Shown here one piece after another: positions 33,607-45,897 of a stretch of DNA of 64,000 bases. The notes below the pieces were generated by a model. It had not been told where the DNA came from. It ran no database searches and saw only the letters and a list, made by a program, of their open reading frames with translations. The first letter of the stretch is position 1. Every line of letters begins with the position of its first letter. The DNA is from the human T2T-CHM13v2.0 reference genome, Homo sapiens: NCBI RefSeq assembly GCF_009914755.1, contig NC_060938.1; one strand, given 5' to 3'. Made by a program: the position numbers and the translations under genes.

Positions 33607-34712
33607 TGTACTAGTTTGTTTTTATGCCGCTGATAAAGGCATACCAGAGACTGGGTAATTTACAAAAGAAAGAGGTTTAATGAACTTACAATTTCACGTG
33701 GCTGGGGAAACCTTACAATTATGGTGGAAAGCAAGGAGGAGCAAGTTATGTTTTACATAGATGGCAGCAGGTAAAGACAGAGCTTGTGCAGGGGAACTCC
33801 TCTTTTTAAAACCATTAGATTTTGTGAGACTTATTTACTATCACAAGAACAGCATGGGAAAGACTTGCCTCCATGATTTAATTACCTCCCACCGGGTCCC
33901 TCCCACAACACATGGGAATTTAAGATGAGATTTGGGTGGGAACACAGCCAAACCATATCATTCCACCCTGTCCCCTCCTAAATTTTATGTCCTCACATTT
34001 TAACACTAATTATGCCTTCCCAACAGTCCCCCAAAGTCTTAACCTATTTTAGCATTAACTTAAAAGTTTACAGTTTAACATTTTATTTGAGACAAGGCAA
34101 GTCCCTTTCACCTGTGAGCCTGTAAAATTAAAAGCAAGTTGTTACTTCCTAGACAGAATGGGTGTATAGGCATTATGTAAATATAGCTGTTTAAAATGGG
34201 AGAAATTGGCCAAAACGAAGGGGTTACAGGGCCCACGCGAGTCTGAAATCCAGCAGGGCAGTTACATTTTAAAGCTCCAGAATGATCTCCTTTGACTCCA
34301 TGTCTTACATCCAGGTTATGCTGATGCAAGAGGGGGTTCCCATGGTCTTGGGCAGCTCTGCCCCTGTGGCTTTTCAGGATACAGCCTTCCTCCTGGCTGC
34401 CTTTACAGGCTGGTGTTGAGTATCTGCAGCTTTTCCAAGTGCATGGTGTAAGCTGTTGGTGGATTTACCATTCTGCGGTTTGGAGGATGATGGCCCTCTT
34501 TTCATAGCTCAACTAGGCAGCACCCCAATGGGGACTCTGTGTGGAGGCTCTGACCCCACATTTCCCTTCCACACTGTCCTAGCAGAGGTTTTCCATGAGG
34601 GCCCTGCCCCTGCAGCAAACTTCCTCCTAGACATCTAGGCATTTCCATAAATCCTTTGAAACCTAGGCAGAGGTTCCCAAACCTCAATTCTTGACTTCTG
34701 TGCACTCGCAGT
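33607..34712 (-). mobile_element. THE1B-like 3' LTR (33607-33960) plus 3' part of internal region, hypermutated
   Basis: Ends 'cacagccaaaccatatca'; internal part homologous to 25650-26370. Confidence 0.92.
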
Positions 34713-34829
34713 CTCAAAACATATGTGTCAGTTGCACTACTCATAGGTATTGGGAACTTTTGACCAGAAAGGATAGGAGAAAACCTCCCTCGCTTCCAGG
34801 AAAAGTAGCCAAATGTTGTCTTTTCCAAT

Positions 34830-35550
34830 ACTACCTATATAGCCTGCCCTGCCCCCATCCCAGATTCAGTTTGTAGAGCGAAATGGCCTGACTTTGGGGG
34901 AAGAGATGGCCTAACTTTGGGGAGGAGATGGCCTGACTTCAGTGGGGAGACAGCCTGACTTTGGGGAAGAGACCTTCTGACTTTGAGGAAAGATGACCTG
35001 CCCTTCCAGCTCCCCTCTCTGCTGAGAACTGTTTTCATTGCTCAGTAAAATTCTCATCCTCACCATCCTTTAATCATCAAGCATGACTTCATTCTTCTTG
35101 GATGCTGAACAAGAGCTCAGGACCCACTGAGTGCAGGTACACAGAAAGGCTGTCACATTGGCCCTTTGCCTTCACCAGCAGGAGGCAGCTGCCCCGTGCA
35201 ATGGGGCCAGGGGATGACTGAGCTGCTAACACACTGCCATCCATCAGGGTGTGGATAGCAGAACAAAAGAGCTAATTAGCACACTAACAACCCCCCCGGG
35301 GTTTTGGGGTCATGGGCACCCTTGCCAGGGCAACACGGTGCTCCCCTTGAGGTGACATACCTGTTCTGGCTATGGGCCCTGGTTGTGGGCCCTGCACAGA
35401 GCTTGCTCCTGTGTTGGTAGAGTGACCAGATGGATCCTGCACTCACTTGCTCACGTGCTCCCTCCCACAAGGGGTTAAGCGTGGTGAGCTAAGTAGACAA
35501 GGAGCCCCTTCTGGGAGTTTGGCAAAGGGGCCAAGAAAAATCCTGCATCA
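34830..35550 (+). mobile_element. MER52-like LTR, 3' portion, with about five ~22-bp tandem units at 34882-34995
   Basis: Unit 'gatggcctgactttggggaaga'; ends 'aaaaatcctgcatca'. Confidence 0.7.
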
Positions 35551-37309
35551 TCTTCAACTTGAATAGTCCTAAGTAGGGGTTTAAAAAAGAGCCCACACTT
35601 ATTCAGACAAGCCCTAGCAAGAAGTCTAACTGAACAATCTCTTGAGGGGGGATAACTTCTGAAGTATGTAGACAACTTTCTTATCTGCCCCTCCTTCACA
35701 GGACTTGCACAGCAACATATATTATAATACAAACCATAACTTCCTAACATAAGAAAAATGACTTTTGTCTAAAGAGGTATTTTTGGTAAGGAAAGTTATA
35801 AAGAAGAAAGATTTTATAAGAGAAAGAATCTTGTACGGTAAATTCTTGTCCTAAAGTAAAATGACTGGTTGTTTAAAAACAGAGATGTTTAGGACAAGTC
35901 AGAAAGTCCAAACATGTCATAGACAGTCTGTGTAAGTCATGATAAAGTTCATGAAGGGGAATTTACTAAAGGAATTTTGTATGTGATTAAGCTGGTTATA
36001 ATTAAAAGGGAATTATTTACAATGGTCTTTAAAGATTGGTCCCCTATGTTAAAACAAGGTTTTCTTAAGGTATTGATTTGCTCTTAATGAAACTAAAATA
36101 AAATTTACTTTTTATTTTGTAACATCTTAAAAATGTATCAGAATCTTATCTCAGAAATTCACCTTTTGCTGTTTCTCTCATTGCTTTCAGCTTTTCTCTT
36201 CCCTTGAAAAGGCCTAAAATAATAATTCTCTCTTTCAGCATTTTTGTCAGCTCCTGTAACTTTTTTCCTCCAGTTCTAACTGTTGTTATGACTTACTGCT
36301 AAAATGTTTTATTTTGAATGTCTAGAGAAGTAAAGATTTCCTCCATTAAAACTTAATTCTGTGCTCTTAACTTTTCTTAATATGTCTAAATTTTCAATGT
36401 AATCCAGAAACTTCTCATGCTTTAAGAGTCATATATTCCCCTGTTATACTCACAACCTTAAACACACTCTTCCTGTGTCAGATTAAATTCAAGCACATTT
36501 TTTCAAGTTTAACTTCCAGGTTATCTAAATGGGCTTCCAATAAGGAAAAACAGTCATACTGCAAAAAGTTTTGTTTTGTTTTGTTTTGTTTTTTGCCTTT
36601 TCAGTAACTGGCTTAAAAAACAAAATTTTATCTTCTAGAATTCAACAGTTTCACCTTCAAATAATGCTGCGAACAGGATATCACTCTCTCCCTAATGATG
36701 CTTGCTACCTTTACGAATCTCCACTGGATTCAGCTGGACATCAGTTTTGCCTTGACATGCTCCCCCTCTCTAATGAGTTACTTCCTCCAGCAAAATTCAA
36801 TATCCCAAGTCCCACAGTCTGGGAAAATAGTCCACAGGGTCTCCTGACAGAACAACAATCACAGGTAAGGGCAACTCTATGCCCCAGACCAGTGGGAAAT
36901 AGTTGGAAGATAAGACCTTCACCCCAATGCCAAAGATCTGTCATTGTTTTCTGTCATGAGAGAATGTGGAGTCCTGAAAAGATAAGTAAGCAACAAGAGG
37001 GAAGAGGTCCCACGTTGGGGAGAACAATTGTTCTGAGAGACAGCTTATCACAGACAACCTGCTGGCACAACATCCTGTTCCCAAATACCTCGTTCCACAT
37101 GTGACATCTCCAGCATAAACTTACATAAAACTTCCCTCCAGCCCCTACCTCTCTGCAGACAGCCCCTTCTCTACCATGCTGCCTGTTGCTTCTTTACAAC
37201 AAACTTTCCCTCTAATAAATCTTCCTTTCTTTCCTCACAACTGTCTTGGTAAATTCCTTTACTGCCTGTGACACTGGCCCCAGCAGTTGTGCCCATGACG
37301 CTAAGGATG

Positions 37310-37947
37310 TGTAGGGAAGTTTAAATTTTCCCTCTGAAGGTTCAATTAATTGAGTCTGCTGAAATAAATTGACAATAAACAGGAGAAAAGGCATACATAT
37401 TTATTAATGTGCACCTGTGCACAGGAGCCACACAAAATGTAAGACTCAAAGAAGGGCCAGATGGCTGAAGCTTAAATAGCATAAAGGAATAAAGGCTTGA
37501 GGCTTTCATGGGAGGTGGTGACAAATTAGGGGATGTAAAGGGGAGGAACTGCATGGTGAACAAAGGTTGTCTTATAAGGCAGAGAAAAGTGTCTCCAGTA
37601 ATAAAAGTTGTTGTGGAGCAGCCTCCAGAAGAATAGACAATAGCCTGTCTAGGCATGCTGATAACTTTTAATCTCTTCTCTGGTGATTAATCTTCCCTGG
37701 TTGTTTGATGAGATTTCTAGAGAGGGGGTTCAAGATAATTGCATTCCTTTTGGAAGAATTTCCCTTGATCAGAGAAAAGAACTTCAGAGACAGCCCCTCA
37801 TGGAAAGAAAAGGAGGGAGCAGGAAAAGGTCAGAGAGAGACCTTGGTACTAAGGCTTATTTCAGAGGCTGTTCCATCTCCTTTGTTCAAAGCACTCAGCA
37901 TGCACCAAAGCACCATATTTTGGGATATCATGTTCTGAGTCCCAACA
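37310..37947 (-). mobile_element. MER39-like solo LTR
   Basis: Sense start 'tgttgggactcagaacatgatatcccaaaatatgg'; TSD gatg/gata. Confidence 0.8.
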
Positions 37948-38016
37948 GATAAAAAGCAGGAGATAGAAGGAGACAGGATATAACGCACCTAGGCCACTGT
38001 ACAAGCTTTGGACTGG

Positions 38017-38834
38017 TGTTGAGATATAGGAAAACAAAACTGCTCTTCCTACTCTATTCTCTTACAGTCACTCAACACAACACTTTTGACACCAGATTCT
38101 CCAGCAGACACCAGCTGGATGTCCTCTAGTTCAATTCACATCTGACACTGTCTGCTGGAGATAGTGTCAGGTCCCACATGTTAAGAGCTCACTCCCACAA
38201 GACTTCCCCCCACTTTAGATGCAAACCATAAGTCCCAGTTGTGATCTGTACTTCTCACCAATTGGCTGTAAATCAGGGTTCCCACAAACCTCTTGTCAAG
38301 TTCACTTAATTTGCTAGAATAGCTCACAGAATTTGGGGAAGCACTTTACTTACCTTTACCCATTTATTATAAAGGATGTTATAAAGGATACAGATAAACA
38401 GCCAGATGGAAGAGATGCACAGGGCAAGGCAGGTGGGAAGTAGGGCTGAACTTCCATGCCCTCTCCAGGCACATCATCCTCCAGGCATCTCCATGTGTTC
38501 AGCCAAAAGCTCTCCCTACCTATCCCTTTTGTTTTTTAATGGAGGCTTCAATATGTAGGCATGATTTATTAAATCATTGATCATTTGTGATAACTCAACC
38601 TTTAGCCCCTCTCCCCTCCCTGCAGTTTGGGGAGGGCTGTAAGTCTCAACCCTCCAATCACACTTTGGGTTCCCCTGGCAACCAACCACCATCCAAGAGT
38701 CCCCTAGTCATCAGTCATCTCATTAGCATACAAAAAGACATGTCATTTTGGAGATTCCAAGGGTTCTAGGAGCTATGTGCCAGGAAATGAGGAAGACCAA
38801 ATGTGCATATCTTAATATAAATCACAATGTCATA
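38017..38834 (-). mobile_element. MER21-like solo LTR
   Basis: 'cagacaccagctggatgtcct', 'ataaaggatacagataaacagccagatggaagagatgcacagggcaagg'. Confidence 0.75.
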
Positions 38835-39165
38835 TCGCTTATCTCCAGACTATTTGGTACATGAGAAAAATAAACTTACTGGTTTACGCCACTGAAGGAT
38901 AAAGCTAAAAATTCTGAAAGACTTTAAAATAGACAAATGACCTTCAAAGGAAAGCTAGGCACTGTTTAGTGCACTCTTTCAGGTTATCTGATTCTATGGG
39001 GTCTCTGCACCTTTCTGTGTTGTTGAACTATTTTACAACTCTGTAGATTATATGTAGCTGCCAGCAATGCAAATAACTCTTGTCCATAAACATGCAAATG
39101 AATTTTGTCTGGCAAAAGTATGACTAATCTCCCATAGTTTTGTTCTACTAAGTAAATTCATTTTA

Positions 39166-39480
39166 GTTTATTTATTTATTATTATTATTATTTTTTGAGA
39201 CAGAGTCTAGCTCTGTCGCCCAGGTTGGAGTGCAGTAGCAGGATCTCGGCTCACTGCAACTTCTACCTCCTGGGTCCAAGCAATTCTTGTGCCTCAGCCT
39301 CCTGAGTAGCTGAGACTACAGGCATGCACCACCATGCCCAGCTAATTTTTTTTTATTTTTAGTAGATACTGGGTTTTGCCATGTTGTCCAGGCTGGTCTT
39401 GAACTCCTGGCCTCAAGCAATCTGCCCATCTTGGCCTCCCAAAGTGCTGGGATTACAGGCATGCACCATTGCGACCAGCC
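39166..39480 (-). mobile_element. Alu (S/J), full length
   Basis: Both arms, AT-rich tail. Confidence 0.92.
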
Positions 39481-39857
39481 TCATTTTTGTATTTCTGATT
39501 GCTTACATACGTCTCTACTCCTTGGGTTTTCCTTTAAATTGGTTATAATATCTTACTAGTTACCTCTTTAATTAATGAGCTCAATAAAATATTTGGCATG
39601 TGTTCATTCTATATTTGTATGAAAATCAAAATTTTACCCCTTTTAAGAAGGCATATCCTTTGGCAAGGGTTTTCTGTTATTTGCAGCCTTACTAACATCA
39701 GCTTAATTGCTGCCTATACCTAGCATGACTATATCCAAGTAAAATGACATAAAGGAGGAAAATAATTACTTCTTTCAATAACCAATCCAAGGAACTAATG
39801 TTTACAAATGGTTTTCTCCTGCTAATCTGAATTTGAAAAGAAATGGACCTGGATAAA

Positions 39858-40102
39858 TTTTTTTGTTTCTTTGTTTTTTGAGATGGTCTTGCTCTGTTGC
39901 CCAGGCTGAAGTGCAGTGGCACTTAGCTGCCTGAGTAGCTGAGTGGTGGCACCATACTTGGCTAATTCTTTTTTTTTTTTTTGGTAGAGATGGCATCTCA
40001 CTATATTACCCAGGTTGATTTCGAACACCTGAGCTCAAGGGATCCTCTCACTTTGGCCTCCCAGAGTGCTGGGATTACAGGCATGAGCCACCAAGCTTGG
40101 CC
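39858..40102 (-). mobile_element. AluJ-like with internal deletion
   Basis: Alu arms with a missing segment after 'gtgcagtggcac'. Confidence 0.85.
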
Positions 40103-40285
40103 AAAGACAAGGAGAAATTTTTATTTTCTTCTACCTTCTTCCTCATAGATTTGGGAAGTGAAGCTGATGTGGTAAGAATTCTTACCTTCTGACACACTTT
40201 TGTCAGTTATCCCCGATCTAAACTGCAATTTCTAAGGTGAATGGATGTCCCAGTCTCTTATTTTCCCTTCATCATTACCAGAAAC

Positions 40286-40762
40286 TGTAGGAAAGGAAAA
40301 AAATATTTTCTTTTCTAGGTTCTTGGCTGGGGCCCCTGTAAACAAAGACAGATTAACACAGAAAACCATATAAGTTTATTTAATATAAGTTTTATGTGAC
40401 ACAGAAGACTTCACAAGGAAGTGAGGACCAGAAGAAATGGATAAACCTGAGTGTTTTTATACTATGTTTCATCAATAGTGGAAAGTTACAGGAAAATGTG
40501 ATAGGACAAAGGGCTATGAGCCAAGGATAGTAACCTGGGAGAAAAATTAAGTCCTTTTTGTTCAGATTCCTCTTAGCGTCTCTCCATCTTTTCCAATAAG
40601 GATCCTTTCCTCTAGCACCTCTCACATGAGGGTATTATGACCTTTTTCAGGGGAAGATTGGAGAGTCCTTCCTGCATCTCCCTTTTCTCAAATTCCTTCA
40701 GCTTAAAATACTCAATATTGCAAACCGCCATATTTTGTGGGAGTGTGCCCTGAACTCTGCCA
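40286..40762 (-). mobile_element. MER31/MER34-clan solo LTR
   Basis: Sense start 'tggcagagttcagggcacac...aaaatatgg', end 'ttcctaca'. Confidence 0.7.
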
Positions 40763-42302
40763 CTAGAACCTAGGCAAGAGCTGGGGCCACCATTACCACC
40801 ACCACTGCTGAAAAGCACAGCAGGAGAAATAATTCATTCTACCCAACTGTAAACAAACCAGTGTTGTCCATAGTTCCCACACATTACTATTGATATCAAA
40901 CCAATATCAATTTGTTCTGCCCCCATGCAGCAAGCAAGACAACAGGTTTTACAAAAGACAAAAGATTTTATTCCATCTCCTTGCTCAGCAGTGAGGAGAT
41001 CACTTTTAGAAGTACATGATTAAAAGCAAGCAAAGCATGTTAAATGTGGCAGGCTTAATCAGGTTAGGCCTTGGTTTCACTATTCCCCTATTCATTATTC
41101 CCTATAGCAGAGAATGAGCAGGGACAGTGACTCAAAAGGAGTTGACTTTCCTTACAAATTTCTGGGATATTTGGTAGGAGAGAGAATTGGCCATAAAAAA
41201 ATCTTGAGCCTGTGTGGCCTTTACTTTATCTTGTAGGCACTGAAGGTTTGATTTTGGGGTGAGCTTGCGCACACTAAAAGAAAGGAAGTATTAACTCCTG
41301 TTCCAAACATTCTATTTCTCTATCCACAGCAAGAGACGCCATAAAAGGGAAGAAAGGTTAATCAGGGCCCAGTCTCTTTGGTCTCTGCCATAGGAAAAAA
41401 TGGTTCAAGGGCCCTTCCTCTTCTTCCTTGTATTATTTGGCCCTTGATAGCCCCAGAATGTGTCATATCTTTTCTTGATGGAAGTTCCTTGAGGGCTGGA
41501 GCATGTCTTTGTGATGGATCTCATAAAGCATCCAACACACTGAGGGCATTCTATTTAAATTAAAGAGCACCCTGGTAATTGGGATAAGAAATTAGCATTT
41601 TTCTTTCTTACAGGGATTTCTCTGCTACAATCCCAGGAGATGACCTAAATTATATCCTAATAAGCACAGGCGAATTTTGCATGAGACTATTAGATTATGT
41701 CATATGCCACCTCACCCCCAACCCCATCTGACCTTCAGGAGGCTCTAGGGGGAACTGAATTCCATTGTCTGTATTTAAAGATGTACTTTCTTGTGTATTA
41801 ACATGTTAAGGATTGGTGCCAGTCCAGAAAGCACTTTCTAGAGACTTGAATAAGCAAGAAATCAGAGTTTGAATGAATATATCTTAATATTTGAAAGAGA
41901 ATATTTAAACACAATATTTCAGCCTAGGTATACTTGACCTAAGGGGCAATTAAAAAAAAAAAAAACTCCCCAGGGAGAAAGAATGCTTAAAAACTACCTT
42001 TTTTCCAAAGATGTGTATATGTATATTCTAAAGTAACTCTTTAGTGGCCAGAAGTACTTTAATAGGAAAGTAAATTAGGCTTTTAAGATGCTAGTATTTC
42101 AGCGACTGTAAAATTGTCCAGGCCAGGGCTTTGGAGTCAGATAAACCATGATGTTGTTGTGGGATATCAGAAGATGCCACCCCAAAATATGAAGGATAAT
42201 TGAGATGAAGGCACTTAGGAAGCAGATGCAGGAAAGCTCTTTGCCCATCCTCTATTTGCCTAAAAGCAGAACATAGATTTATAAAGACAAGAGCTATCCT
42301 GA

Positions 42303-42699
42303 TGTTGTAGAAAAAACTGGGTTCTTGTCACATGACCAGGAAAGATTAGGCTCACAGACACTTTGAAGGGTGAGGGGAACAGAATTTATTGGGCAAAAAG
42401 GAAAAAACTCAGCAAAGTGAGAGGGGTTCCTATTAACAGGCCCTCATCTCACAGATTGAATCCCAAGTAATCACACAGGAACAGGAGAGGCCAGGCTCCA
42501 CCCCTCTGCAAATGGCACAAACTTCCTGAGGTCCCACCCCATCCTCCCAGTGTGCAGGTGGGCATTATTCAGAAAAAATTAGTCGGGAAAGGGCGGGCTT
42601 CATCAGGGACTAGCAGTCTGGTTTTTCAGCCTTCAGGCTGTTTTAGGCTTGAAGGTGGAGTTTCTCCAGGGAACCATTGGCTGTCTCCTGTCTCTATCA
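42303..42699 (-). mobile_element. MER61-like solo LTR (nested)
   Basis: Exact TSD ctga/ctga; sense start 'tgatagagacaggagacagcc'. Confidence 0.8.
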
Positions 42700-43000
42700 C
42701 TGACCCCCTTTCTACCAGGAAAACAAAGTTCAGCCACAGAAGACAACTTTAGACCCTTATCAGCCTGGAGATGTACCAGAGGATTTACATTAACAAGCTT
42801 TACTAACTTTACTGGCCTCTCTGTCTGCCATTTATTTGCCTTCTCACAAGTTGTTGCCCCTAGATGCTCAAAGTTCTTTTCCTTTGTCTTGTCACTTCTC
42901 TAAAAATTTACTGTTCTTTGTTGAAGATGTTTTATAAACTGTAATTAAAAGCCACCCCTTTGAGAGCTACTTGTTACCTGGGTGCCCCCCATGTGTATGT

Positions 43001-44720
43001 TGTAGGGGCAAAAGGAAATTTCCTTTCATCCCCTGAAGTTTAGAGAAGTTGAGTCTATAAAACAATACAATAGACAGGTTAACAGCATAAAAGACAGACA
43101 AATTTGTCACTTGAATATGCACAGGAGTCACACAAAATATGAAACTCAAATAAGGGGCAGATGGTTGAAGCTCACATGACCTCTTCAGAGGGGAGAAGTA
43201 AGTAGGGGGCATGTAGGCAATTTTAGAGGCAGAAGAAATGATTTTTAGGGGAGATGAATGGGTGTGAAGAATAGATAATAGCCTGGGACAAAATTTATCT
43301 GGGCTCTGAGTGTGGTGTCAACTCTGGTTTTTCTTCCTAGGAATTACAATTCTATTTGATAAGATTATAGGGAGGGATCCAAGACAATTGCATTTTGTTT
43401 TCTTTTTTCTTTTTTAAACGTCCCTGGACAATCTAAAGACAACTGCATTCTTTCTGGAGGAACTTCCCTTAATCAAATAAAGGAGCTTCAGGGAAAACCC
43501 CTCCCTCTGTCTTTGAAGAGGCAGAGGGGCAAGAGAGAAGGGCACTGGAGAAGGTCAGAGAACCTTGGCCTGATGGCTGCCTCCTTAGTTCAAAGTGCTC
43601 AGCATATTTGTAATAAGACAACCTTTGTTCCTGCACAACCCTGCCTCTCACCTTCCCTCCTCTCACGTTCCTGTAGTATTTGCCTTCTACTTCCTTGTGG
43701 TATGGGAGAGGGGCAGGGAAGTGCTGGGTAGAGAAAGCTAGGGTTCCTGATGAGGGCTCCACCCTTGGGCCTGTGCCCACGGACCTAAGTGAGGACAAGC
43801 ACTCCTGTTTTCATGCCCAAATGTTGTATTTTCCAAGACCACTGTGCCCCACCTTGCCCCTTGACCCATCTTGTGCTCATAAAACCCCCAAGACCCTAGT
43901 GGGCACACACAAAAGTGTATGGACATTGAGAGGAGCAGAGGAACAGAAGAGCCCACTGACAGACACCAACAGGTGCCAGCAGACCATTGAGATGGGATGA
44001 CATGGAACTCAGTCTGTCGGAGGCAGTAGGAGGAGAGCCCAGCTGCTGGGCAGCCTGACTCCAGGGGAAGACCGCCTTCCCACTCCACCCCTCTTCTGGT
44101 TCTCCGGAGCTACTTCCCCAACTCAATAAAACCTTGCACTCATTCTCTAAGCCCACATGTGATCCAATTTTTCCGGTACACTAGGGCAAGAGCTCGGGAT
44201 CCAGAAAGCCCTCTGTCCTTGTGATAAGGCAGAGGGTCTAATTGAGTTGATTAATACAAGCCACCTGCAGATGGCAAAACTAAAAGAGTGCACTGTAACA
44301 CCTACCCACTGGGGCTTCGGGAGCTGTAAACACTCAATCCTGGAGGCTGCCATGGGGTTGGAGCCCAAAAATGCTTCCAATGACCTGCCCATCTGCATGC
44401 TCCCTCTATGGGTTTGAGCCACTCCCCTGTCACACACCCTGCAAGGGGGATAAGGGAACTCCACCCATTTCACTGGGTCCATTCATTCTCCCTAATGATT
44501 TACTGCCACTCAAAAGAATTGTCTACACTCCCTATCTCTTCCTCCCATATGAAAATGGGTATATAAGCTTCTATACCACACTGGATTATTGAATAATTAT
44601 CCTCTTGTGATCCCCCAGTGTTACCCATGTTACAACAATATTTGGTATGCCTTTTCTCCTACTTAAAAAAAGGGTGTCAAAAATAGCATACTTTGGGATA
44701 TCATTTCCTGAGCCCCAACA
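43001..44720 (-). mobile_element. MER39-like LTR (nested, itself interrupted at about 43606-44675)
   Basis: Homologous to 37310-37947; TSD atgt/atat. Confidence 0.75.
43698..44472 (+). mobile_element. LTR1-like solo LTR (innermost)
   Basis: 'tggtatgggagaggggcagggaagtgctggg...cccatttca'; internal AATAAA; TSD cttg/ctgg. Confidence 0.8.
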
Positions 44721-44763
44721 ATATGAAATGTACATGTTAATAAACTTGTTTATTTTTCTCTTG

Positions 44764-44859
44764 TTTTTTTTAAATTTTATTATTGTTATACTTTAAGTTT
44801 TAGGGTACATGTGCACAACGTGCATGTCTGTTACATAGGTATACATGTGCCAGGTTGGT
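44764..44859 (-). mobile_element. About 95-bp 5'-truncated L1PA 3' end
   Basis: 'atactttaagttttagggtacatgtgcacaacgtgca' matches the L1 terminus at 2727-2763. Confidence 0.9.
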
Positions 44860-45508
44860 ATCTTTCATTATAAGGATTTGTTCCAACTAAGAACTTATGA
44901 GGGGTGAAGAAAAAATATTTTTCTTCCCCTACATTGTCACAATAAATTAGATATATAAGGAGCTTGACAGGATGCCGGGCATGTAGCACCCAATAAAAGG
45001 ACTTTATTGATGAAGTCAACAGAAGGGTATCTGGCTTCTATGACCTCACCCTTGAGGGCTGGTGTCATAAACTTAGCTCATGGGATTAATTAGATGAAAG
45101 AAAACCTTTTAAAGAGATTCTGGCTAGTAAGACACTGTAGTCATTTGAGAGAAACAAAATAAGGAAAAAGACTTTGTCTTATTTAGTCTTGTGTCTCCAG
45201 GGCCTAGACAATGTCCAGCACATAGAAGGCATTCCATAAATACTTGTTGAATCAATGAGAGAACAAATAGCAGCATACTCAGCTCCCTCCCCAATATTTA
45301 TGAGCACTTTGGGGAAGAAGGGTGCTTCCATTTTCAGGGTGGTTGTCACTTACTCACTCTGAGCTCTAGCAAGTGGTCACCACTCCAGCCGCTTTTCCTC
45401 TCATGAGTCTTGTTCACCAAACTGGGACACTTACCTCTTTCTCTTCTAGTTCCTCTAACATCTCTAACACATGGCTGGTATGTGAAGGTGACCTTTTCTC
45501 TTCTGTGT

Positions 45509-45897
45509 TGTATTAGTTTGTTCTTGCACCACTATAAAGAACTACCTGAGACTGGATAGTTTATTAAAAAAAGAGGTTCAATTGACTCACAGTTCCACAG
45601 GCTGTACAGGAAGCATGGCTGAGGAAGCCTCAGGAAACTTATGATTATGGTGGAAGGTGAAGGGGAAGCTGGCACATCCTTACATGGCTGGAGAAGGAGG
45701 AAGAGAGAGCAGGTGGGGTGGGGTGCTACACACTTTTAAACAACCAGATCTTGTGAGAACTCACTCACTATCACAAGAATAGCGAGGGAAAAATCTATCC
45801 CCATGGTGTAATTACCTCCCACCAAGCCACTCCTCCAACACTGGGGATTACAATTCAACAAGAGATTTGGGCAGGAACACAAATCCAAACCGTATCA
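45509..45897 (-). mobile_element. MSTA/B-like MaLR solo LTR
   Basis: Exact 5-bp TSD tgtgt; 'tgtattagtttg...ccaaaccgtatca'. Confidence 0.88.

Larger units (their letters stand above)
33357..37300 (+). mobile_element. Degenerate ERV1 provirus remnant: end of 5' LTR, PBS, internal fragments, 3' LTR 36965-37300 (MER84/LTR29-like)
   Basis: 'gccccagcagttg' at both 33358 and 37277; PBS-like tggtggccccaatgggga at 33385-33402 (15/18 match to tRNA-Ile complement). Confidence 0.65.
42158..44933 (+). mobile_element. MER34-clan LTR expanded by nested insertions
   Basis: TG...CA termini with exact TSD ttgt (42154-42157 / 44934-44937). Confidence 0.8.

Noticed and set aside
34882-34995. CRISPR-like or novel repeat array
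   Set aside because: Head-to-tail ~22-bp units without spacers inside a MER52-like LTR, in eukaryotic DNA
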